Below are positions 8,213 to 16,607 of a DNA stretch of 31,147 nucleotides, piece after piece. Below the pieces are notes generated by a model. That model did not search any database. It worked only from the letters and a program-made list of their open reading frames with translations, and was not told the DNA's origin. Origin of the DNA: a virus (lineage: Duplodnaviria; Caudoviricetes); IMG/VR virus record IMGVR_UViG_3300011420_000024, positions 1 through 31,147 of that record. One strand, given 5' to 3'. Every line of letters starts with the position of its first letter. Position 1 is the stretch's first letter. Made by a program: the position numbers and the translations under genes.

Positions 8213-10264
8213 TCATTGCATCGGTGGTCCCGATGCGGGTTGCAATGGTGCTACGTTGGGGCCGGGCTGCATCGGCATGCCGCCGGGGCCCATGCCGCCT
8301 TCGACGGCCAGCATGGCCTCGGCGCCCTTGACACGGGCCTCGGCGAGGTTCTTGACAGCCTGGGTCTTGTTCTTGTCCACGTTGCTGTCCTTCTCGCGCA
8401 CCGTGGCCTCCTCGACGGGGTCGGGCTCGGGCGGCTTGTCGGGCTGCTGCGCGGCGGCGATGGCCTGATCGAGCACCGTCTCGATTTCCTTGGAGATGCG
8501 GAAGCCGCCCAGGCCCCACTTCATCATCTGGAGCACGACGGGGCCAGCCTCGGGCTTGCTCTCGATCAGCGGCGTGACCGCCGTGATGAAGGTGCCGACG
8601 GCGGTCATGAACTGCGAGCGGCTGTCGCGCTCCTGGGCCCAGTCCACCATCGCCATCGACTCTGCCTCGATGGTGATGCGGTAGAACTTGCTGTTGCCCG
8701 GCTCCTTCAGGAAGGCGATGGCCTGCTGCGCCAGCGGCGCGTCGGGCGAATGCTCGATGTTGCTGCGCTCCACGATGGTCTGCGGCTGGAACTTGTCGCA
8801 GATGATCTGCGACCTGATGCGCTGGCCCTGCGCGATCCAGGTGCCGATAGCCTGCTGTTTAAACTGGAGCCTGTTGCCGCCGAACTGGGCCTTCAGTTGC
8901 TGCGCGCCCAGCGTCTCGTCCGGGTCGGTCATGCCGCGCATGATGTCGCCGATGCCCAGCACCTCGTAGAGGTTGGCCTTGATGGCCTCGCGCTGCTGCG
9001 TCAACTGCCCGATCACCGACGCGATCACCTCGATGGGCACGAAGTCCATCTGGCCCTTCAGCCCGCCCTTCTCGGCGAACGCGGCCCAGTTGTCCACCGG
9101 GATCATCTGGTTCTCCATGCCCTCAATGAACACGCGCCCGACGGGCGTCGAATTCTTGTCGTAGACGCCGATCACCTTGCAGGCCTTGATCAGGTACTTC
9201 AGGCGCGTCGTGATTTCATCGATCTGCTGGTACTGATCCTGCGCGAGCAGGTAGTCGGCCCGGGGCATGAAGCGCGACGTCGCCGTGTTCGCCATCAGCG
9301 GCGCCGGGCACGGGAAGAAGCCCCGGAGCCCAAGCGGGTCGGGCTTGTAGTCGCAGATGACGTCGTAGCCCAGGACATGCCAGTACGCGCATTGCGTGGT
9401 CTTGTCCCAAATCTCGAAAACCGCCGCCTTCTCCCACGGGTCGTTCTGCGGGCCCACGCCGTCGTTCTTGGTCTTGCTCTTGCTCACCGGGATCAGCTTG
9501 CCGATCTTCTTGCCGAAGCGGGCGACCAGTTCCTCGCGGTTCATGAAGACCCGGCGCGCAACCCAGCGGACGTCCTGCCAGACCCGCGCAGGCGACCACC
9601 AGAAGTCCTCCCAGTAGACGTAGTCGGCGGGGGCATCCTCGCCCGTGATGGCCTCGTACTTGATGGGCTCGGCCAGTACAGCCCCGGTCTGCTGGTCGGT
9701 GACCGCCTCCGTCTCGGCTTCCTTCGTCTCCACCTCGTAGCGGTACCAGACCTGCCCCAGGCCCACCACCAGGAAGTCGCCGACGGCCTGCTTGGTCACC
9801 TCGGGGTATGTCGATTCGTCGCCGTCTTCGACGTCGTGATTGAGCATGCGCTGGAGGATGTTGCAGCCCACGCGGCTGACGTCGTCTTCGCTGTCCTTGT
9901 AGCTGTTGCTGACGTCCACGTTGGGCGGCTTGGCGTACAGGCTGGCCTTGAGCACCTCGATGTTCGACCAGAACAGGTTGAACTTGCTGTCGGCGCCGCC
10001 GTCCATCGCGCTCGCGTCGCGCTCATCGAGGTACTTCTGCACCAGCCTGCGCCCCAGCGAATGGAACTTGGTCAACTCCTTCTTCGCCGCTTGCAGTTCA
10101 GTCTCCCAGCGCTTCGCCATCTCGGCAGGCGACTTGCCCTTGGCCTCCTTGGGCACCTTGGACTGATCCCCGGGCTTCACAGGCTCGTTGATGTCCTTGG
10201 CGTTGCTGGGGTCGGGGTCGGTCCCGTAGCCCTTTTCGTCACTGGTAGTTGTCTTGCGGGGCAT
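8213..10264 (-). CDS. Portal protein (683 aa)
   Basis: FNLFWSNIEVLKASLYAKPP, WEDFWWSPARVW, GFFPCPAPL motifs; size and position after terL; TGATG coupling with terL stop. Confidence 0.9.
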   Translation of the reverse strand: MPRKTTTSDEKGYGTDPDPSNAKDINEPVKPGDQSKVPKEAKGKSPAEMAKRWETELQAAKKELTKFHSLGRRLVQKYLDERDASAMDGGADSKFNLFWSNIEVLKASLYAKPPNVDVSNSYKDSEDDVSRVGCNILQRMLNHDVEDGDESTYPEVTKQAVGDFLVVGLGQVWYRYEVETKEAETEAVTDQQTGAVLAEPIKYEAITGEDAPADYVYWEDFWWSPARVWQDVRWVARRVFMNREELVARFGKKIGKLIPVSKSKTKNDGVGPQNDPWEKAAVFEIWDKTTQCAYWHVLGYDVICDYKPDPLGLRGFFPCPAPLMANTATSRFMPRADYLLAQDQYQQIDEITTRLKYLIKACKVIGVYDKNSTPVGRVFIEGMENQMIPVDNWAAFAEKGGLKGQMDFVPIEVIASVIGQLTQQREAIKANLYEVLGIGDIMRGMTDPDETLGAQQLKAQFGGNRLQFKQQAIGTWIAQGQRIRSQIICDKFQPQTIVERSNIEHSPDAPLAQQAIAFLKEPGNSKFYRITIEAESMAMVDWAQERDSRSQFMTAVGTFITAVTPLIESKPEAGPVVLQMMKWGLGGFRISKEIETVLDQAIAAAQQPDKPPEPDPVEEATVREKDSNVDKNKTQAVKNLAEARVKGAEAMLAVEGGMGPGGMPMQPGPNVAPLQPASGPPMQ

Positions 10265-11625
10265 CAGAGTCTCCCTTCGTTGGGCCGGGGCCCGACAGTC
10301 GCCCACAACTGGTCGAGGGTGAAGCTGCGGTCAATGGGCGGCACGATTATGGTCTTCGGCTCGGGCGGCGGGTCGAGCACCATCAGGCGGGCGGCGCCTT
10401 CCATGTAGGCGTCGGCGCCGTGGCTCGACCAGTCGTGCTCGGGCTCGCTGCTGAAGGTCTTCGTCTCGTCGTCGTACTTGTAGGCGTAGGCCCGCATCGC
10501 CATCAGGAAGGGCTCGCAGACCGGGGCGTCACTGATGCGGGCGCGGCGCAGCATGACGCGCCCGGCGTTGATGCTGTCGGCCTTCTTGCGCTGCTCGTTT
10601 ACACGCACCTCGCAGCCCTTCCACGGCGGGTTGGCGAGGAACGTCTCGACGGCGGTGCGCTTGCTGGCGAACGTCCTGGCGCGGGCGTCGTGCGGCAGCA
10701 CCAGGACGTTGGCGGGCGGCTGCTTGGACAGGCGCTCGATCCATTCCTCGGCGTCCATGCCGCTGCCGTCGTCGTAGTGGAAGACTTCAAACCCGCCGCG
10801 CATGCGCTTCCACCAAACCCACGCGGCCTTGTCGCGGTAGCCGATGTCCGACGTCACCCACACCTCGTCGTTGGGCCCTGGTGGGTCGATGTGGCAGATG
10901 CGGCCCTGCTTCTCGGCCTGCTCGATGTAGCGCCCGAAGATCGCGCCGACGTTGGCCGCGCTGAAGTCGCAGTCGTACTCCTGCCGGTACAACTCATCGG
11001 GCATCTCGGCGCGCTCGTCATCCAGGACGCTCTGCGCGATGTGCTTCGTGTCCTTGACGCCCAGGTGCGAATGGAACCACGCAGGGTTGGCCTTCGCCAG
11101 CTTGATCAGGTCGTAGAAGTGGTTGTAGCCCCGGGGTGTGCTGATGAATGCCGCCCAGCCGCCGTTGCCTGCCAGGATCGGACGGAATATCTGCCACGCA
11201 CGTGGGTCACTGAGCGCTGCCTCGCTCATCGTCAGGCCGAAGGGGTTCGCGCCGACGATGCTGTCGTAGTAGTCGCTGCCCACCAACTGCCAGATCGCGC
11301 CGTTGCGTAGCGTGATCTTCATCTCGGTCTTGTTCGTGTCCTGCCGGATCGCGGAGGGCATCGCAGTGTCGAGAATCTTGTGGCCGGTGTTGTCGAAGCC
11401 GTCCCATATCACCTTCCTGGCCTGCTTGTGATTCGGGAGCATGTGGAAGTACATGCCTGGACGTTCAAACATCATCTTGACCGTCTGATGCACCATCGTC
11501 AGGTCTTTGCCGTAGCGGCGCGGCCAGCACGCGGCGGCACGCAGGCCACCGTGATCGAAGTAGCGCATCAGGCTGCGCTGCGGTGGCCTGGGCGTGAACC
11601 CGTTGGGCAGGATCAGTTCGCTCAT
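10264..11625 (-). CDS. terL: Terminase large subunit
   Basis: Walker A-like WPRRYGKD, Walker B-like TMSEAA, coupling motif FISTPRGYNHFY, nuclease DIG..D and HDWSSHGADA. Confidence 0.95.
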   Translation of the reverse strand: MSELILPNGFTPRPPQRSLMRYFDHGGLRAAACWPRRYGKDLTMVHQTVKMMFERPGMYFHMLPNHKQARKVIWDGFDNTGHKILDTAMPSAIRQDTNKTEMKITLRNGAIWQLVGSDYYDSIVGANPFGLTMSEAALSDPRAWQIFRPILAGNGGWAAFISTPRGYNHFYDLIKLAKANPAWFHSHLGVKDTKHIAQSVLDDERAEMPDELYRQEYDCDFSAANVGAIFGRYIEQAEKQGRICHIDPPGPNDEVWVTSDIGYRDKAAWVWWKRMRGGFEVFHYDDGSGMDAEEWIERLSKQPPANVLVLPHDARARTFASKRTAVETFLANPPWKGCEVRVNEQRKKADSINAGRVMLRRARISDAPVCEPFLMAMRAYAYKYDDETKTFSSEPEHDWSSHGADAYMEGAARLMVLDPPPEPKTIIVPPIDRSFTLDQLWATVGPRPNEGRL

Positions 11626-11636
11626 CGTTTACACGC

Positions 11637-11759
11637 TCAGTCGCCCCAATACTCGTGCCACGACAGCCAGCGCTCCTCGACCCTGCACGCCAGCAGGTAG
11701 CTCGCCACGGCCACGGTGGCCGTGATGACGACGATGCCGATGGCGACGATGCAGATCAC
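11637..11759 (-). CDS. Micro-ORF, single TM helix (40 aa, MICIVAIGIVVITATVAVASYLLACRVEERWLSWHEYWGD)
   Basis: GTGA start/stop overlap with upstream micro-ORF; hydrophobic N-terminal half. Confidence 0.6.
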   Translation of the reverse strand: MICIVAIGIVVITATVAVASYLLACRVEERWLSWHEYWGD

Positions 11760-11914
11760 GCCAGCCGCCCCATCAACCTCGACAGCAGCGCATTGTCCCG
11801 CGTGACGTTGGCCGCGATGCGCGGCGCGTGCTTACGGAGCACCTCGCTGATGGTGCGAGAGATGTTGAACACGCGGCGGCGCGTGCTGTTGCGACGGCGG
11901 CGCAGACTTGTCAT
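11756..11914 (-). CDS. 52-aa basic protein resembling the major capsid N-terminus
   Basis: ATGA overlap; MTSLRRRRNSTRRRVFNISRTISEVLRKHAPRIAANVTRDNALLSRLMGRLA aligns ungapped to capsid residues 5-35. Confidence 0.7.
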   Translation of the reverse strand: MTSLRRRRNSTRRRVFNISRTISEVLRKHAPRIAANVTRDNALLSRLMGRLA

Positions 11915-12009
11915 GGCCCGTACCACATGCGGTACTCGATGACGCGCTCGATCACGTAGGCCGCGAGCGCGCCCACTGCGATGCCGCCGATGAAGGCCAG
12001 CCAGATCAC
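11911..12009 (-). CDS. Micro-ORF, single TM helix (32 aa, MIWLAFIGGIAVGALAAYVIERVIEYRMWYGP)
   Basis: GTGA overlap upstream, ATGA overlap downstream. Confidence 0.6.
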   Translation of the reverse strand: MIWLAFIGGIAVGALAAYVIERVIEYRMWYGP

Positions 12010-12104
12010 GCCCAGGCCTCCACTGCCGTGATGACCGCAGCGGCGATCAGCGGGCTCGCTGCGATGACCCACAGCATCCAGGCAGGGTCAACGGCGCAGG
12101 TCAC
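12006..12104 (-). CDS. Micro-ORF, single TM helix (32 aa, MTCAVDPAWMLWVIAASPLIAAAVITAVEAWA)
   Basis: GTGA overlaps at both ends. Confidence 0.55.
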   Translation of the reverse strand: MTCAVDPAWMLWVIAASPLIAAAVITAVEAWA

Positions 12105-12415
12105 TGGTCGATCCCCTCGATGCCCTTGTGCCCCGCCACCAGTTCGCGGGCCTTGGCCGTGCCCAGGGCCTCCAGGTCAGTGGCCTGGAGCAGGTCCAGG
12201 CCACTGACGGCCACGCGGGCCTCACCCAGGCGCACCACGACGCTGTCGCTGTCGCTGGCGCCCAGGATGCGGCAGTCGGCCAGCCGATGGGGGCGCAGGC
12301 CCTGCCGGAAGCCCCTGATGAAGGCATCGGGCAGGAACTGGACGTAATTCCCCGTAACGAAACTGCCGGGGCTGCTGGCCCTGGGGTGGAGGCCTTCCGG
12401 CCATGTCGCGCCCAT
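12101..12415 (-). CDS. Hypothetical protein (104 aa)
   Basis: ATG 1 nt after terS stop, AAGGAGG SD. Confidence 0.6.
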   Translation of the reverse strand: MGATWPEGLHPRASSPGSFVTGNYVQFLPDAFIRGFRQGLRPHRLADCRILGASDSDSVVVRLGEARVAVSGLDLLQATDLEALGTAKARELVAGHKGIEGIDQ

Positions 12416-12416
12416 C

Positions 12417-12797
12417 TCAGGCCTCCTTGCGGATCACCACGGTCAATGGCCCGCCACCCTCGCCGACCTGCTCCTGGCGGGACAGCTTGGGCGCTGCGAA
12501 GTCAGCGAGGTGCCCCAGGCGCGTGAGCGCACCAGCGGGGTCAGCGGGCCTGCCCGCCATGATCACTTGGCCCTTGGCGTTGAGCTTGTCGGGCGTGCCC
12601 TCTGCGACCTGCCGCAGCCACAGGGCGACGTTCTCGCGGTTGTCATCGAGCAGGCGCTGCACCGTGACGCGGAACTCCTGCGTGACCTTGTTGGGCACGC
12701 CCTTGACCCGCCCCTTGCCCGCGTTGGGAGGCTTGCGCCTGGGCGTTTCAACAGCAGGCACCAGCACTTTGCTGGCCTTGTCAAGGACTTTCGGCAT
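12417..12797 (-). CDS. terS: Terminase small subunit (126 aa)
   Basis: NAGKGRVKGVPNKVT N-terminal motif and APKLSRQEQVGEGGGPL C-terminal motif typical of TerS; upstream of terL. Confidence 0.8.
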   Translation of the reverse strand: MPKVLDKASKVLVPAVETPRRKPPNAGKGRVKGVPNKVTQEFRVTVQRLLDDNRENVALWLRQVAEGTPDKLNAKGQVIMAGRPADPAGALTRLGHLADFAAPKLSRQEQVGEGGGPLTVVIRKEA

Positions 12798-12802
12798 GCC
12801 GC

Positions 12803-12832
12803 AGTGTAGCCCTCTGCGGGCCACGCCGTCGA
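12803..12832 (-). promoter_or_regulatory. Putative sigma70-type promoter for terS (possibly leaderless)
   Basis: Minus strand TCGACG-N18-TACACT, 5 nt, then ATG; same GGGC-TACA junction as the early promoters. Confidence 0.4.
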
Positions 12833-12965
12833 GCGCTGGACGACGACGGGCTCGCGTGCGCGGGCGCTCGCGCACATGCGATCTATATATATTTAATGTC
12901 CTTATGTCCCTATAGAGGGCCCTACGAACAAGACAAGAGGACCGCAGACCTACATAGACCCCCTC

Positions 12966-13232
12966 TCAAACGGGGCGTTTTTTCGCCAGCTTCAGGCCGT
13001 GGGCAAGCTGCCTGTCGTAGGCCTGCCTGCTCGCCACCGTGACGCAGTACGGTGGGTACTTCTTGATGCGCGCCGCCCGTTCGCTAGTCTTGGCCTGCGA
13101 GGCCACCCGGGCCTTGATGGCCTCGACCAGCACCCGGTGTGAGGCCTGGGCCGTCTTGATGACGTCGGCCAGCGCCGCTTCCTGCTTACGCATGTTGGAC
13201 AGGTTCGTGTCCAGATTCGGGGTCAATTTCAC
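12966..13232 (-). CDS. Basic hypothetical protein (88 aa)
   Basis: GGAG SD before GTG; helical composition. Confidence 0.6.
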   Translation of the reverse strand: MKLTPNLDTNLSNMRKQEAALADVIKTAQASHRVLVEAIKARVASQAKTSERAARIKKYPPYCVTVASRQAYDRQLAHGLKLAKKRPV

Positions 13233-13261
13233 GGTAGGCTCCAGTCAATTTGTGGGCCATC

Positions 13262-13270
13262 AGTATACCA
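13262..13270 (-). promoter_or_regulatory. Putative leftward extended -10 promoter
   Basis: Minus strand TG-G-TATACT in the AT-rich divergence region. Confidence 0.4.
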
Positions 13271-13293
13271 CCCACTTATTTGTGAAATAGTGC

Positions 13294-13323
13294 TTGCGCC
13301 GCCTTGAACATCCGGGCTACACT
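13294..13323 (+). promoter_or_regulatory. Putative early promoter P1
   Basis: TTGCGC-N18-TACACT at the strand divergence; contains operator-like GGGCTACA half-site. Confidence 0.55.
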
Positions 13324-13356
13324 ACGTGCGACGGATCAACAAACAAGGTACTGCAA

Positions 13357-13713
13357 ATGAACACCGCCCCCGCCCTGCTCGACACTGCCGCAGTCGCCGC
13401 CCCCGCCAAGAAGGGCCGCCCCGCCAAGCACGCCGACGCAGCCGCCCGCCAGCGCGCCTTCCGCGCCGCCAACAAGCTCAAGACCCTGCGCCTGGACGGC
13501 AAGGCCGCTGCCACCATCGCCAAGCTCGCCGCCGACTTCGACACCGACGAGACGCATGTCGTCAACAACCTGATCCGCTTCGCCCTGGCGAACCGCAACT
13601 GGATGTCCACCGGCATCGGCGGCTGGGCCATCAAGGACATGCGCGCCACCAGCGGCAAGCGCGAAGCCCCCGCCGAGCGCGACGACTCCCTCGATTCCTT
13701 CTCCCTCGCCTGA
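13357..13713 (+). CDS. Putative DNA-binding protein (AT-hook-like KKGRP plus possible RHH-like region)
   Basis: KKGRPAKHADAAARQRAFR, then KTLRLDGKAAATIAKLA; first early gene. Confidence 0.6.
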   Translation: MNTAPALLDTAAVAAPAKKGRPAKHADAAARQRAFRAANKLKTLRLDGKAAATIAKLAADFDTDETHVVNNLIRFALANRNWMSTGIGGWAIKDMRATSGKREAPAERDDSLDSFSLA

Positions 13714-13733
13714 TCACCCCCAAGGAACCCACC

Positions 13734-13955
13734 ATGGCCCTCACCTTCGTCACCACCGCCAGCGCCCCCTTCGTCAACTACTTCGGCAAGACCACCCGCA
13801 ACCACGGCGTCACCCTGTACCGCGACGGTGCCTACGTTGACAACTACGTCTGCGAGTCGGCCCGCCAAGCCAAGGCCATCGGGCAGGCCTGGGTCGAGCA
13901 GAACGACGCCGACCCCCGCATCTCCCTGACCCTGACCAAGACCCTGATGGGCTGA
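13734..13955 (+). CDS. Hypothetical protein (73 aa, MALTFVTTASAPF)
   Basis: AAGGA SD; strong C3 codon bias. Confidence 0.75.
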   Translation: MALTFVTTASAPFVNYFGKTTRNHGVTLYRDGAYVDNYVCESARQAKAIGQAWVEQNDADPRISLTLTKTLMG

Positions 13956-13999
13956 CCATCGTTTACACGCCAACCACCAACCCCGAGGAACACACCACC

Positions 14000-14272
14000 A
14001 TGAACCGCAACTACCCCGTCGGCGCCCGCGTCCGCAGCTACGACTTCCCCACCCGCGTCGATTGCTACATCGAGGGCCGCGTCCTGGCCGTCAACGACTT
14101 CCAGTACCGCATCCAGGTCGATACCGTCGTCATCGAGGGCCAGCCCAAGCCCACCGACGGCACCCGTGTCGTCACGCCCCCGGTGAACGGCCTGGAGGGC
14201 ATGTACGGCCCCACGCACGGCGTCGTGCTGGCCGACCAGGACGTCTTCCACGCCGCCGCGATCCCCCGGTAG
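14000..14272 (+). CDS. Hypothetical protein, possibly SH3-like (90 aa)
   Basis: GAGGA SD; YPVGARVRSYDF...IEGRV. Confidence 0.75.
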   Translation: MNRNYPVGARVRSYDFPTRVDCYIEGRVLAVNDFQYRIQVDTVVIEGQPKPTDGTRVVTPPVNGLEGMYGPTHGVVLADQDVFHAAAIPR

Positions 14273-14323
14273 CCACCGACCCCCAGGCTCCAATCCATCC
14301 CCATTTCGTTACGGAGAATTGCA

Positions 14324-14596
14324 ATGCTGACCACCCCCAAGACCCCGCACGCCCTGCGCCCCGGCGATCTTGTCCACCATCACGGCGGCGTCTTCCTGAT
14401 CGTCTCCGACCCCGTCGAGTCCCAGGCCCACCGGCCCGAGGGCTACTGGCCCCAGGCGGGCATAGGCCCATCGGCCTGCGTCGTCGCCAGGGGCGTGTGC
14501 CTGACCGGCACCGTGCCCGGCTACTTCGCCCCCGGCAGCGACTGGTCATTCCAGGGCAACCACCTCGCCACGTACCGGGTCCAGGTGACAGCATGA
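14324..14596 (+). CDS. Hypothetical protein (90 aa)
   Basis: SD GGAG lies within the repeated 17-bp motif; LRPGDLV start. Confidence 0.7.
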   Translation: MLTTPKTPHALRPGDLVHHHGGVFLIVSDPVESQAHRPEGYWPQAGIGPSACVVARGVCLTGTVPGYFAPGSDWSFQGNHLATYRVQVTA

Positions 14597-14760
14597 CCAT
14601 CGTCATCGACGCGGGCTCGATCCTGTCAGCCCTGGGCTGGCTGGCCCTGGGAGGCGTAGGCATCGGCGCCCTGTTCATGGTGCCCATCGCCATTGTCAAG
14701 GCCATCAACACCCTGGCCTGTGCCATGCATTGGCTTGGGACCGGCGAATGGCCCACTTGA
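14593..14760 (+). CDS. Small membrane protein (55 aa)
   Basis: ATGA overlap; ILSALGWLALGGVGIGALFMVPIAIV. Confidence 0.55.
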   Translation: MTIVIDAGSILSALGWLALGGVGIGALFMVPIAIVKAINTLACAMHWLGTGEWPT

Positions 14761-14786
14761 CAGCCTTCCAAGCCCCGGGCTACAAT
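14757..14786 (+). promoter_or_regulatory. Sigma70-type promoter P2
   Basis: TTGACA-N18-TACAAT. Confidence 0.75.
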
Positions 14787-14818
14787 CGCATCGTTCGTTC
14801 AACACACCGGAGATTCTG

Positions 14819-15523
14819 ATGTCCTTCAACCCCGCCAACTTCCCCTTCACCATGCCCGCCCTGGCCGTGCCCGGCATAGACCGCACCGCCGCCCGCGCCC
14901 ACGGCGCCGTCGATGACGTTCTAGCCAAGGCCGTCGCCGCCCAGCGCGAGACGGCCGACATGGTGCAGTCCCTGCGCGACGCGGCGAGCCGATTTGAACT
15001 GCGCGGCCAGACCAACAACATGCTGACCTGCAAGGACTTGGCCTCCAAGCTGGCCCACTACGGCAGCTTCGCCAGCGACAAGCAGGCTGGCTACGCCAAG
15101 CAACTGGTCGAATGGAGCAAGCCCCAGGCCGAGGCCCCCGCCGCTGCGAAGCCCCAGGCTCCTGCCGCCGTCGTGCTGCCCAAGCTGTTCGACCTGATGC
15201 AGCGCCTGAGCAAGCTCACCATCGGCCAGATCACCATCGCCCGCAAGAACCAGGACAGCCTGTGCTGGGTCAAGTACGACCTGCATAGCGGCGTGATCGG
15301 CAAGATCGAGAACGGCGTGCTGCACATCTTCAAGCACCGCATCCCGGCTGGCACCAACGGTGCCAACGTCGTGGCCGAACTGCTGAAGATCGAGGCTGAC
15401 CCCGAAGCCGCCGCCGTCCTGCACGGCAAGGCCAGCGGGCGCTGCGCGGTCTGCTCGCGTGACCTGACCGACCCCGAGAGCATCGAGCGCGGCATCGGCC
15501 CCGTCTGTGCCGAGAGGTTCTGA
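14819..15523 (+). CDS. DUF6011-domain protein (234 aa)
   Basis: C-terminal CAVCSRDLTDPESIERGIGPVC; GGAG SD. Confidence 0.85.
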   Translation: MSFNPANFPFTMPALAVPGIDRTAARAHGAVDDVLAKAVAAQRETADMVQSLRDAASRFELRGQTNNMLTCKDLASKLAHYGSFASDKQAGYAKQLVEWSKPQAEAPAAAKPQAPAAVVLPKLFDLMQRLSKLTIGQITIARKNQDSLCWVKYDLHSGVIGKIENGVLHIFKHRIPAGTNGANVVAELLKIEADPEAAAVLHGKASGRCAVCSRDLTDPESIERGIGPVCAERF

Positions 15524-15525
15524 GC

Positions 15526-15819
15526 ATGACCCCCGCCGCCACCCTGGCGGTGGCCTGGGCCCTCGTGGGCCCGGTCACCGCCACCCCGCACGCCGCCGTG
15601 TCGCTGACCACCGAGCAGCGCCTCGTGTACGTGATGGCCGTCGAATGCCGCAGGGGCATCGGCTGGCTGTACCTGTCCGACAGGCACCAGGACGGCGCCT
15701 ACAGGGACGCCTTCTACGCCCTGGGCGCCAAGGATCACGCCAGCGTGATCGCCGCCACCCTCTGCAAGAGTTTCACCACCACGGGCTACCAGCCCATCTT
15801 CCAAGGAGCATCGCAGTGA
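15526..15819 (+). CDS. Hypothetical protein, possible signal peptide (97 aa)
   Basis: Follows previous stop closely; hydrophobic N-terminus. Confidence 0.55.
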   Translation: MTPAATLAVAWALVGPVTATPHAAVSLTTEQRLVYVMAVECRRGIGWLYLSDRHQDGAYRDAFYALGAKDHASVIAATLCKSFTTTGYQPIFQGASQ

Positions 15820-16121
15820 ACAAACCGCAAGAGCAACGCATCGCCGAGGGCGAAGACCACGGCCCCGGCCAGGAGGCCAACGCGGCCCTCAAGGCCGGGG
15901 CCAAGGCCCTCACCGACGTCCTGACAGCCCAGGGCATCACGGGCGCCATCTACCTGATCGCCGTCGTCCTGCCCAAGCACGAGCAGGGCCACGACGTCAT
16001 CCGGCTGGCCTCCAACCTGACTCGCCGCGACGATCTGCACGGCCTGATCCACCACCTCGCCGACAGCCTGCACATGAACACCGGCCCGGCCATCGACCTG
16101 TCCGACAAGGGAGGGCACTGA
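15816..16121 (+). CDS. Hypothetical protein (101 aa)
   Basis: AAGGAG SD, GTGA overlap. Confidence 0.7.
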   Translation: MNKPQEQRIAEGEDHGPGQEANAALKAGAKALTDVLTAQGITGAIYLIAVVLPKHEQGHDVIRLASNLTRRDDLHGLIHHLADSLHMNTGPAIDLSDKGGH

Positions 16122-16122
16122 G

Positions 16123-16368
16123 ATGCCTGTCATCGTCACCATCGCCAGCCCCGTGCTGGAGAACCTCAAGGCCTGCGAGCGTGCATGGCACGCCGTGACC
16201 GACGCCCTGCTCATCGGCAACCCCGACTTCCTGCAAGGCCCGGGCACCGGCATCGACTGCGCCGTGCGCGAGATTGCCCGGCTGCAACGGGCCGACGCGC
16301 TCGCCAGGAAGATGACCGACGCCGTGGGCCGCGCCGCCGCCATCGCCACGATGGGGACCGACGCATGA
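16123..16368 (+). CDS. Hypothetical protein (81 aa)
   Basis: GGAGG SD, coupled to neighbours. Confidence 0.65.
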   Translation: MPVIVTIASPVLENLKACERAWHAVTDALLIGNPDFLQGPGTGIDCAVREIARLQRADALARKMTDAVGRAAAIATMGTDA

Positions 16369-16607
16369 TCCCCGTCCTTCCCGCCTTCAAGGGCAGCATC
16401 CAGCCCGAGCCCGGCAGGGCCCTGCTCGACGCCCGCTTCTGCCGCATCATCATCGCCGTGTTGCTGCTTCGCAACGGGGGCCAGTCGGCCACGATCACCC
16501 AGGCCGACCTGGACGCCGTCGTCGGGCTCCAGGTGATGGAGGGTGGCGACGCCCAGGGCAACTTCATCGTGGGCCTGCGGAACCCGCCCACGGGGGTGCG
16601 GCAATGA
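16365..16607 (+). CDS. Hypothetical protein (80 aa, MIPVLPAFK)
   Basis: ATGA overlaps at both ends. Confidence 0.65.
   Translation: MIPVLPAFKGSIQPEPGRALLDARFCRIIIAVLLLRNGGQSATITQADLDAVVGLQVMEGGDAQGNFIVGLRNPPTGVRQ

Noticed and set aside
8189-10408. Long antisense ORFs (739 aa here; also 1560-2726, 4500-5729, 20421-21791, 25949-27280, 27801-29156)
   Set aside because: Shadow ORFs opposite well-supported genes, expected from high-GC codon bias; no SD or recognisable motifs.
11220-11235. Apparently defective Walker B (TMSE instead of hhhhDE) in terL
   Set aside because: The catalytic Glu is retained, all other motifs are intact, and an SE variant is, to my knowledge, common in this terminase group.
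12798-12875. Longer N-termini given by the ORF track (terS from 12875; also 10306, 13294, 14693, 27924)
   Set aside because: Downstream ATGs have better SD, coupling or promoter context, and the extensions overlap promoters or neighbouring genes.
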